From assembly GCA_004524445.1 (NCBI GenBank), contig SDNP01000039.1, forward strand, positions 1 to 21,941: DNA of 21,941 nt. Reading direction: 5' to 3'. This document shows, piece after piece, positions 1 through 7,142 of the stretch. A program made the translations under genes and the position numbers. The stretch's first letter is position 1. Each line of letters starts with the position of its first letter. The DNA comes from Candidatus Thorarchaeota archaeon (GTDB taxonomy: Archaea > Asgardarchaeota > Thorarchaeia > Thorarchaeales > Thorarchaeaceae). Under the pieces are notes generated by a model. That model saw only the letters and a program-made list of their open reading frames with translations. It made no database searches and had not been told where the DNA came from.

Positions 1-425
1 GCAGTCCATACATCATCTGCGTTAATTTCGGGGATCGACAAGTCTCTTGCCAAATTTAGATGATTAGAGGTTGTCTGTTGCCCTATATAATTAAAGACAC
101 CTTCTTGCACTAGTCGAAGAACATCTGATGCTTTACCATTGATTAACAGGTAACCATCAACCTTGCTTTTCTGAAGACTCCCACAACTGAATTTTACATT
201 CTGCATTCCTACACTTTCGATAAATTCCTTGGTGAATGGTTCGTCAACTCTCACTACAGCAGCAATCAGGTTCTCTCCTAGTCCCTCTAATTCGTTAATT
301 GCATGTTCCTGCTGAATCGTCTGCATTTTGTGTTTGCTTTCTTGTCGGGGAGCATTCAATTCAAAGGGCAATGCCGTGGATACAATCAAGATACATATGG
401 ACAAGGACACGAGCAGTTTTTTCAA
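1..425 (-). CDS. Secreted protein, N-terminal part (truncated by window edge); probable S8 subtilisin-like peptidase pre-pro region
   Basis: Absent from the ORF track; translated by hand. TTG start at 425 (or 428) after AAGAGGT. Reads MKKLLVSLSICILIVSTALP (signal peptide) and stays open to base 1, ending ...LARDLSIPEINADDVWT, which resembles the S-x-x-x-I-x-A-x-x-V-W start of mature subtilase domains. Catalytic residues lie outside the window. Confidence 0.6.
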   Translation of the reverse strand, partial: MKKLLVSLSICILIVSTALPFELNAPRQESKHKMQTIQQEHAINELEGLGENLIAAVVRVDEPFTKEFIESVGMQNVKFSCGSLQKSKVDGYLLINGKASDVLRLVQEGVFNYIGQQTTSNHLNLARDLSIPEINADDVWT

Positions 426-624
426 CAAATCCAACCTCTTGAGGTACTTTGGAGCCTATATAGCGCGAATACAAAATGGAATAACCTCGCCTCTTAGATT
501 AATCTATCTTGTCTTTGATGGACTCCTCTTGTAATCCATTCCAATCTCAAATTACATGGTAAAATGACTTCGCGGATGTAAGTACATTTATGACAGAAAA
601 TACAGTCCATTAATAAGAGAAAAA

Positions 625-1083
625 TTGGCACCTAAAGCGACTGATGACAAGGATAGGATACCATCCATTGAGGAAGTCCAAGAGAGGTTAGACCAGATAT
701 CTCAACGCCTAATGCGAGTTGAAAGTCTTATCGAACGCATGGAACCGGGAATTGAGGAAGTCAATGAATCAGCCAAAGTCATCCGCGAAGGCTTCGAGTT
801 CTATGATGGCATGGTCAAGCTAATGTCAAAATTCACAAAGGCTGAAAGACTGGAATCCCGATATGGTGATCTCAAGAAAGACCAGATTGCATGGCAAATC
901 ATCAAGGTACTGGACTCACATGCACCTCTTAATATCAGCCAAATAACAGCAAAGGTTAGAGCTGAGCGAGGTACAGCATCCCGAAGAATAATCAGGGAAA
1001 GAGTCAATGAGATGCTTGAGAAAGGCATTCTAAAGACTGTGGAAACTGATGATGATCGAGCAAGATATTTCGCGCTTGAATGA
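625..1083 (+). CDS. Coiled-coil plus C-terminal winged-HTH protein, putative transcriptional regulator
   Basis: N-terminal heptad-like EEVQERLDQISQRLMRVESLIERM. C-terminal IIKVLDSHAPLNISQITAKVR...SRRIIRERVNEMLEKGIL matches a wHTH pattern. Confidence 0.7.
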   Translation: MAPKATDDKDRIPSIEEVQERLDQISQRLMRVESLIERMEPGIEEVNESAKVIREGFEFYDGMVKLMSKFTKAERLESRYGDLKKDQIAWQIIKVLDSHAPLNISQITAKVRAERGTASRRIIRERVNEMLEKGILKTVETDDDRARYFALE

Positions 1084-1106
1084 GGATTAGCTGTCCAATT
1101 GTGGAT

Positions 1107-1126
1107 GAAGAAGTGGTCACTTCTTC
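1107..1126. promoter_or_regulatory. Palindromic candidate operator GAAGAAGTG-GT-CACTTCTTC
   Basis: Perfect 9-bp inverted repeat with a 2-nt spacer, just upstream of a TATA-like TTTTTCATAT (1132-1141). The same TTTTTCATAT recurs at 1806-1815, upstream of the aminopeptidase. Confidence 0.45.
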
Positions 1127-1178
1127 CCAATTTTTTCATATTAGGTGACCAGCCTAAGTACAAGTGGAGATAAAAAAC

Positions 1179-1520
1179 ATGAACGATGAGGAGTTCAAAA
1201 AACGTGATGCAAAGAGAAAAAAGGGACATGAGGATGCGGAAGAAATCAGAGAAATCTTCTCTGCCCTAAACGAGTCTATTCCGAGCCTCATTTCTGGTCT
1301 TATTGGAAGCGTCTACAGCCCAGAAGCAGCTGGTAACATGGCAACCGCCATCGGTAGGTTCTACTCAAAACTAATTGAAGAGGGAATCCCGCAAGAAGTT
1401 GCGCTAGATATGACAAAGAAGTATGTTGGGGCGTTAGACTTCCAGAAGATTATGAATATAGCATCTGACGGAGCTTCACCAAAGAAGACCAAAGACTTGG
1501 AAATCGATATAGAGGAGTGA
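1179..1520 (+). CDS. Hypothetical helical protein (FYxxLxExGIPxExA motif)
   Basis: ORF 1164-1520. ATG at 1179 follows GGAG and is the likelier start. Confidence 0.7.
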   Translation: MNDEEFKKRDAKRKKGHEDAEEIREIFSALNESIPSLISGLIGSVYSPEAAGNMATAIGRFYSKLIEEGIPQEVALDMTKKYVGALDFQKIMNIASDGASPKKTKDLEIDIEE

Positions 1521-1530
1521 CATTGGATCA

Positions 1531-1785
1531 ATGTCTGCTAGAGAAGTGGCTTCAATTGTCTGGACTGCCCTCTCTGGAGGCACGAAGTTGCTTGTAAAGT
1601 CATTTTGGACGCTTCGTAAAGCGAAGGGTGCAGTCAAGAAGGGTTCCAAGAAATTCTACAATAATCTTGTAGAAGCAGGTATCCCAAAAGAGCACGCCAA
1701 AGATATTTCAGACAAGTTTCGAGAACCAGCAGAGGAAGTACTTAAAATTAGAAACCTGATTCGGTTTGCTCAAGAGATGGGCTGA
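1531..1785 (+). CDS. Hypothetical protein sharing the FYxxLxExGIPxExA motif with the upstream gene
   Basis: 84 aa; 10-nt gap after the previous gene; GGAGTGA SD-like sequence upstream. Confidence 0.7.
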   Translation: MSAREVASIVWTALSGGTKLLVKSFWTLRKAKGAVKKGSKKFYNNLVEAGIPKEHAKDISDKFREPAEEVLKIRNLIRFAQEMG

Positions 1786-1865
1786 AAAAGACCCATCTCC
1801 AACGCTTTTTCATATTTAGCAACAAACTAAAGGCAGGCTTGTTATCTGATACTTGTGAATTGACC

Positions 1866-2879
1866 ATGAAACCTCAAACTGCAGCGGCCAATGCACTGGA
1901 GTCTGTGCTTGAAGCCAAACCAGGTGAATCAATACTTATTCTCGCCGATGATGTGCGAGAGGATATTGGAAAGGCATTTGCTCAAGGCGCACTAAAACTT
2001 GGGCTATGGACACGTTTGGTGGTCTTGGAAACGCCAAAAGATGATTATCGAACAGAACCACCCGTTCACTTAGTCGAGATGATTAATGCTCCGAATCAGC
2101 CAGATATTTTCATAAACATCCTTCGAGGACCTGCTCAGGAAACACCGTTCAGGATAAAGGTCATCAAACTTGAAACACGCAAAGGCCGCTCAAGGCTTGG
2201 TCACTGCCCGGGAATCACTATGGATATGCTAACCGATGGCGCTCTGTCACTCACAAAGAGTGAGAATGAGAAGATGCAGAAGAGAGCTAGGAATTTGCTT
2301 GCGCGTCTATCTGACGTTGAGAAGGTGCGTGTGACGGCTCCGGCTGGAACCGACTTCACCCTAAGCGTGAGGGGAAGAACTTGGTTCTCTGATACCTACA
2401 TCAATTGGAAGGACATGAAATGGATGAACCTACCGACAGGAGAAGTACTCGTAGGTCCAGTTGAAACCTCAATGCAGGGCACACTCGTAGCTGACCTTGC
2501 AGTGGGTGGCATTGGCCCCTTGAACAGTCCAGTCGAAATAGAAGTTGAAGACGGCAAAGTCCAGAATCTTGAATCGAAAGATGAAGAATCTCTCCATATA
2601 ATTCGGGAAGCTCAATCTGTTGACGAAATGGCCAAGCATGTTGGAGAGTTTGCAATCGGCCTCAATCCAAAAGCTCGGATTGTGAAGGAATTTCTTGAAT
2701 CTGAGAAAGTGGGAAATACGATACATGTTGCCTTTGGGAATAACATGGATTACCCGGGAGATGTAAGAAATGACTCTGCTAACCATCAGGATTTCCTCGT
2801 ATCCAAGCCAACGGTAGAAATAACATATTCGTCAGGCAAGACCAAAGTCATCATGAAGAATGGTGATCTCTTCGTTTGA
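1866..2879 (+). CDS. Peptidase M29 family (aminopeptidase T / thermophilic metalloprotease-like)
   Basis: Motifs NLPTGEV, GEFAIGLNP, ESEKVGNTIHVAFGNN and HQD; N-terminal AKPGESILILAD. ATG at 1866 preferred over TTG at 1839. Confidence 0.85.
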   Translation: MKPQTAAANALESVLEAKPGESILILADDVREDIGKAFAQGALKLGLWTRLVVLETPKDDYRTEPPVHLVEMINAPNQPDIFINILRGPAQETPFRIKVIKLETRKGRSRLGHCPGITMDMLTDGALSLTKSENEKMQKRARNLLARLSDVEKVRVTAPAGTDFTLSVRGRTWFSDTYINWKDMKWMNLPTGEVLVGPVETSMQGTLVADLAVGGIGPLNSPVEIEVEDGKVQNLESKDEESLHIIREAQSVDEMAKHVGEFAIGLNPKARIVKEFLESEKVGNTIHVAFGNNMDYPGDVRNDSANHQDFLVSKPTVEITYSSGKTKVIMKNGDLFV

Positions 2880-2952
2880 CCAACCCTTCGATTTTGAGAA
2901 TAGAGTCGGAATGTTGATATTCCATCAGTAAACAGGCACTGTGGGAAGAAAA

Positions 2953-3303
2953 ATGCCGAGAAAAAAGAAGAATACCAAGAGAAATGCAACAATACTATTG
3001 ATATTAATTGCAGTTTCACTGGGCGTGGTCGCTTGGCACGATGGTCTCATCGGTGTAACTCCAATTAGGGACATCAATCAGGGCGATATTGATAACGGAA
3101 CCGCAGTGAGAATCAAGGGGCAAGTAACAGTGATTCTTGGTAATCTTATGACAGTCAGCGATGGCGAGGGTCACACAGTGGGATTCTCATGGTCGGGCGA
3201 TAAACCGGCACTTGATTCTATTGTAGTAATAGCCGGCGAAGTTAGCTCACCTCTTACTCTGAGTGATGTGAGCTCTGTATGGTCCGTGTGGATCTTCACC
3301 TAG
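2953..3303 (+). CDS. Small membrane-anchored OB-fold-like protein
   Basis: Basic N-terminus, one hydrophobic helix (ILLILIAVSLGVVAW), then TPIRDI...VRIKGQVT...VSDGEG...VVIAGEV, typical of exported OB folds. Confidence 0.6.
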   Translation: MPRKKKNTKRNATILLILIAVSLGVVAWHDGLIGVTPIRDINQGDIDNGTAVRIKGQVTVILGNLMTVSDGEGHTVGFSWSGDKPALDSIVVIAGEVSSPLTLSDVSSVWSVWIFT

Positions 3304-3318
3304 TAGTGCTTTTGCAAA

Positions 3319-4074
3319 TCATCGATGCAATTGAACCTCTGCGAAATCATGGATGGTTCCATCTATCTCGTGAAGGTGAAAAGAGGCGCTTCCTTCCTCT
3401 AACTCGATACGAGTATATGCTTGGGAATGTGCGCCTCTAATACGCCTCGAAAGAAGTGTACCCGTACAATACAAGGACATGTCATTAAGCTTCCAGTACC
3501 ACGGCACATGTCGGTGCCCATGTAGCACAAGAGAACAGCCCACCTCCCCTAGGACTGCCAGCAAATCTCCAGCGTCTTCGACCACATTATGCTCACGACC
3601 CGTATGTGGAATCGCTACCAAGTGATGATGCAAAGCAAATATTTTGACCTTGTCATCTTTCTTTGTGAAAAATTCCCGAATGCGGCCGTAATTTTCTCGT
3701 CCAACGTGCCCAGCATCGTTATCGGGCTCAGCACTATCGGCTGCAAACAGTGCAATGATATCATTGTCAAATGTCTTGAATCTGGAACCAAACAACTCTT
3801 CAAAGACTGATGAGCCGTAGTTTCTCTCATCATGGTTTCCAGGTATTATGATATTTGGAACATCAATCTTTAAGAATTCTCGAGCAAAATCCTCGTACTC
3901 TTCTCTGAGCCCATCACTTGTAAGATCGCCAGTCACCAAAAGGAGCGGATTGTCTGCCTCTTGACACTTCTTTTCAATTCCATCGAGAATACGTCTGAAG
4001 TCTTGAGTATGAACACCAGATTCTCCGAGATGAATGTCGCTCATATGAAATATGGTCATCTTGGATGATGACAT
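3319..4074 (-). CDS. Calcineurin-like metallophosphoesterase (Icc/CpdA-like)
   Basis: All five motifs present: SDIH, TGD, PGNHD, HHH and HGHRH. Its ATG abuts the stop of the 722-aa gene (TGA-ATG). Confidence 0.88.
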   Translation of the reverse strand: MSSSKMTIFHMSDIHLGESGVHTQDFRRILDGIEKKCQEADNPLLLVTGDLTSDGLREEYEDFAREFLKIDVPNIIIPGNHDERNYGSSVFEELFGSRFKTFDNDIIALFAADSAEPDNDAGHVGRENYGRIREFFTKKDDKVKIFALHHHLVAIPHTGREHNVVEDAGDLLAVLGEVGCSLVLHGHRHVPWYWKLNDMSLYCTGTLLSRRIRGAHSQAYTRIELEEGSASFHLHEIDGTIHDFAEVQLHR

Positions 4075-6243
4075 TCACCTGAAGCCTCCAGATACACAGG
4101 CACTATGACAAGCGCTGTGGCATGCACTGTGGCACACGCATGCGCTATGACAGGCACTGTGACACGCACTATGACAAGCGTCGTGTGAAACGCAGGCGGA
4201 GTGGCATGCATCATGAGACACACATCGACTAGTTCCATCGACTATGGGACTTAGAGGAGCTGATATCGTCTCTCCCACATTTTGGAGGATGGTTCCAATA
4301 GTGTTTGTTACATTAGACATTATTTCACCAGTAGTGGCCACTACATCGCCGACAGCTCGTCCAACTCCGGAAATGGCATTTCCAGTTGCGTCAGCTAGAT
4401 TAGAGAACCAGTCAGGAATCGGGGGTGGCGAGATTGCTCCACTTGGTTCAGTGAATACTCTGCCAACCTCATTATTATGGCGAGGATGCATATATAGCCA
4501 ATGCCACGCCCATCCACGATGATAGTATGTATCGAAATAGAAGTCAGACCGCCCATCTAGCGTTGGTTTTGATTCAAGTTCCTCCCACGCGTCATCCACC
4601 ATTCTATCATGCTCTTCCTTAGTAGCCTTGAAATCCGCATCCCATGATTTTTCTTGAACTCGGTCTGCTATCTCATCAATCATAGCATTAACCAAGTCAG
4701 GGTCAAGTTCGTTATCCGCGATTGCCTCAACGAACATCTTCTCGTAATATGTTAGGTCGTCAAATGCGATTCCAGTATCAGATACTCTAAGTGGATCAGA
4801 CGATATGACACGAACAGCCCCCTTCTTGACACAAGACATGAGAATCATTGTAACTAGTTTTTGTCGAGTCGTATTAACAAAAAAGGCGGACTCAACGGGA
4901 TCCAATTCAGCCACCGTCCCAGGTTCTCCAAACGTCTGTATTGTCATCTCGGGACTTTGATATACAGAGGTTGTTTCATCTTCCGCCCAGGTTGCACCAT
5001 AGCGTGTAGTCACACGTTTGTATGCGTAATAGACAACTCCAATGGCAACTGCTGCAAACACGCCAAGAATAATCATACTTGGTGGAATCAAAGGCGGGAT
5101 ATACTCTCGAACATATACATTGACTGAGAATGTTACCCAATCAGTTGCATTGAGATTTTCAGCCAATATTTGGAAACTGACAGTGAGTACCTGAGGAGTA
5201 TTCGCAGGGATGAAGGAGTAAGATAATGGATAATATTCCCCGCCATCTAGAGTTCCTACTAGAGTTGATGTTGAGCCAGAGGTCAAGGTCAGATTCTCAG
5301 GAACTGACACAGCTACTGTGACCCCATAGAGTTCAGAGTCTCCTATGTTGATCACATCAATGTCGATACTGAATTCTTGCTCAGCATCTGCGTTTACATA
5401 GGACTCCGCATTATACGCGAGCGCACCGGGCTGCTGGAATGGAGCGTAGAAGCTCCAATTTGTATAATGAAATACTCGGAAATGATCATAAGCTAGAAGA
5501 TCATTCTCTTCCATGCTAACGCTGAAGTTTCTCTGACTCGCCGAGGAACTCGATGGGTATGCTAACAGGTTAGTTTCTTCAAAACTACGTTGGTCGCCAT
5601 CCGATTCCTCAATTCCTTGCCGAAAGTCCTCCACGTAGCCTGCATAGTCAGCCCCAGCGGGCGTTATGCCACCGGACTCTTCTATCCAGCTCGAATTCAT
5701 CACGATGGGATATATCGCTCGAACATTCTCGTACCCAACTTGTTGTTCCCATTGAACAGGAGCCCAATTCAATACCCCAAATGTGCCAGTAACCTCTTCC
5801 TCCGTTGTTTCATCAATGAAGGTACCGGTGGTTTCTTCGATTATCCTGTTGGTGCTAAAATAGCCAAAGACAACAGTAACGGATTCTCCTTCTTGGGTTC
5901 GGGGCGTCCAATCAAGCCCATAACCATTTGATAAGACTGTGACAACCAGTAAGTATCTCTCACCTTGATATTCAACATATGCTCTATCCGGGTCATAGAT
6001 ACTAGACTCTTGAATACCCTCTAGATCGAACCCTCCAAGAGAACCGCTCAATACAGAGAAGGTCATCCAGTAAGTTACGTTTATTCGTCCATTAGGGAGA
6101 ACTACCACGTCGACTAGAATACTATCGATAGAAACTTGGGGGCTTTGTGATGGAACATGCGCGTCCACTGATGCAAAGGACACCATGACAACGATTACAA
6201 TTGATAGCATCAGTGTTTTAGTTTTGAGATTCATTTTACCCAA
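4075..6243 (-). CDS. Large type-I membrane protein, DUF2207-like, with an Ig-like domain and a Cys/His-rich C-terminal repeat tail; candidate radical SAM substrate
   Basis: Signal peptide ending SVDA; DUF2207-like start (IDSILVDVVVLPNGRINVTYWMTF); Ig/CARDB-like segment (IDVINIGDSELYGVTVAVSVPENL); TM helix IILGVFAAVAIGVVYYAY followed by KR; DUF2207-like cytoplasmic motifs (LDPVESAFF...VKKGAV...LTYYEKMFVEAI); CHSA tail ending SGGFR. AGGAG SD upstream. Confidence 0.75.
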   Translation of the reverse strand: MGKMNLKTKTLMLSIVIVVMVSFASVDAHVPSQSPQVSIDSILVDVVVLPNGRINVTYWMTFSVLSGSLGGFDLEGIQESSIYDPDRAYVEYQGERYLLVVTVLSNGYGLDWTPRTQEGESVTVVFGYFSTNRIIEETTGTFIDETTEEEVTGTFGVLNWAPVQWEQQVGYENVRAIYPIVMNSSWIEESGGITPAGADYAGYVEDFRQGIEESDGDQRSFEETNLLAYPSSSSASQRNFSVSMEENDLLAYDHFRVFHYTNWSFYAPFQQPGALAYNAESYVNADAEQEFSIDIDVINIGDSELYGVTVAVSVPENLTLTSGSTSTLVGTLDGGEYYPLSYSFIPANTPQVLTVSFQILAENLNATDWVTFSVNVYVREYIPPLIPPSMIILGVFAAVAIGVVYYAYKRVTTRYGATWAEDETTSVYQSPEMTIQTFGEPGTVAELDPVESAFFVNTTRQKLVTMILMSCVKKGAVRVISSDPLRVSDTGIAFDDLTYYEKMFVEAIADNELDPDLVNAMIDEIADRVQEKSWDADFKATKEEHDRMVDDAWEELESKPTLDGRSDFYFDTYYHRGWAWHWLYMHPRHNNEVGRVFTEPSGAISPPPIPDWFSNLADATGNAISGVGRAVGDVVATTGEIMSNVTNTIGTILQNVGETISAPLSPIVDGTSRCVSHDACHSACVSHDACHSACHSACHSACVCHSACHSACHSACVSGGFR
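4078..4224 (-). repeat. Protein-level tandem repeat (CHSA)x7 + (CVSHDA)x2
   Basis: Encodes CVSHDACHSACVSHDACHSACHSACHSACVCHSACHSACHSACVSGGFR: 49 aa, 11 Cys, 9 His. Confidence 0.95.
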
Positions 6244-6257
6244 ACATTCTCCTCTTC

Positions 6258-6578
6258 CTACTCAATACTTCTGTATTCATTTTCCTCATTTAGAAGGGTT
6301 TCAGCCGATTTGATGAGTCTAGTTACCTGATTCATAACTGTACTCCGGTCCTGCCAGTCTAGGTGCTCCAATAGCTCTCTGACAGGCCCCAGGTTATCAG
6401 CGCTATTCTGCAGAATAACTTTGACAGGGGCGTGCATCCTACTGTAGAGATTATGCTTCGCCAGATATTCCTTTGAAATGCTTTCAAACAATTCAGGAAC
6501 TGTCCTGTAAGTATCTGAATGCTTGACAGTCCTCTCACGAAGCTCATAGACAACATCAGGTATCTCGACTGCAGCCAT
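6258..6578 (-). CDS. Hypothetical protein with a ribbon-helix-helix-like N-terminus
   Basis: AVEIPDVVYELRERTVKHSDTYRTVPELFESISKEYL fits the beta-alpha-alpha pattern of CopG/MetJ-like proteins. GGAG upstream; 14-nt gap to the next gene. Confidence 0.55.
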   Translation of the reverse strand: MAAVEIPDVVYELRERTVKHSDTYRTVPELFESISKEYLAKHNLYSRMHAPVKVILQNSADNLGPVRELLEHLDWQDRSTVMNQVTRLIKSAETLLNEENEYRSIE

Positions 6579-6596
6579 TTTGGAGGTGATTCTCCT

Positions 6597-6992
6597 TCAC
6601 TTCTCTCTTCGAACACGCATTACTTCTGCTTGAGCGAACGTCAAGCTCGAAAGATCTGCTTTTGCTTCAGCCCAATCGACCAAGTCCGGAAATTCCTGAA
6701 TGATACCACTCCAAACTATATGATAGACCCTCTTGAGGATGACAGTAGCATCAGTTTCCTTTCCCAAGTATTCGAAGAAGACCTTGATTTCAGCTGGCTT
6801 CTGTTGTGACATTTCTTCAGGTACATCAGTTCCGAAGCCTGAGAACGCAACCTGCAACTCCTTCAGAACATCTGATCGCTCTCTGACTCCAGCAGCTATT
6901 ACTGGCAAGTCCATATCGAAAGCACTGAAGTTCATTATCAGTTTCTTATTCTTGATTGTGCCGTATGGCAGTTTAGTTTCATTGGCGCTCAT
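6597..6992 (-). CDS. Hypothetical protein, first gene of the leftward operon
   Basis: 131-aa ORF with ATG preceded by GGTGGAG; 18-nt gap to the next gene; no recognisable family. Confidence 0.7.
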   Translation of the reverse strand: MSANETKLPYGTIKNKKLIMNFSAFDMDLPVIAAGVRERSDVLKELQVAFSGFGTDVPEEMSQQKPAEIKVFFEYLGKETDATVILKRVYHIVWSGIIQEFPDLVDWAEAKADLSSLTFAQAEVMRVRREK

Positions 6993-7142
6993 GGATTCTC
7001 TCCACCTTCTTGCGATTCTGTGGAAACATCTAACGCTGATAAGCCTTTCATTTTTTCCACACCAGCTGGTGCAGAAAGTAGCATCAATCGATAAACATTC
7101 AAGACAACCCTTAAGACCAAAGGCTTCACGGCATTCTCAACC
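6993..7142. promoter_or_regulatory. Divergent promoter region with 12-bp palindrome CACCAGCTGGTG (7060-7071)
   Basis: TATA-like AAAGGCTTATC on the minus strand (~7039-7049) and CTTAAG (~7110-7115) about 28 nt before the radical SAM ATG, suggesting a leaderless transcript. The palindrome lies between the two. Confidence 0.45.

Noticed and set aside
303-534. Plus-strand ORFs 303-497 and 328-534
   Set aside because: They are antisense to the signal-peptide ORF and its promoter region, with no recognisable features.
4078-4224. CHSACH read as c-type heme-binding motifs (multiheme cytochrome)
   Set aside because: There is no canonical CxxCH. The CX3CH units overlap each other, and the tail is predicted cytoplasmic, away from cytochrome c maturation.
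4078-4224. CRISPR array or DNA minisatellite
   Set aside because: The 12-nt units differ at synonymous positions, have no spacers and lie in frame within a CDS.
4078-4224. His-Xaa-Ser repeat radical SAM system
   Set aside because: The periodicity is 4 (C-H-S-A) rather than the 3-residue HxS pattern.
4056-4238. 60-aa alternative-frame ORF as a separate precursor peptide
   Set aside because: It is an out-of-frame shadow of the CHSA tail. Only the 722-aa frame gives a conserved repeat.
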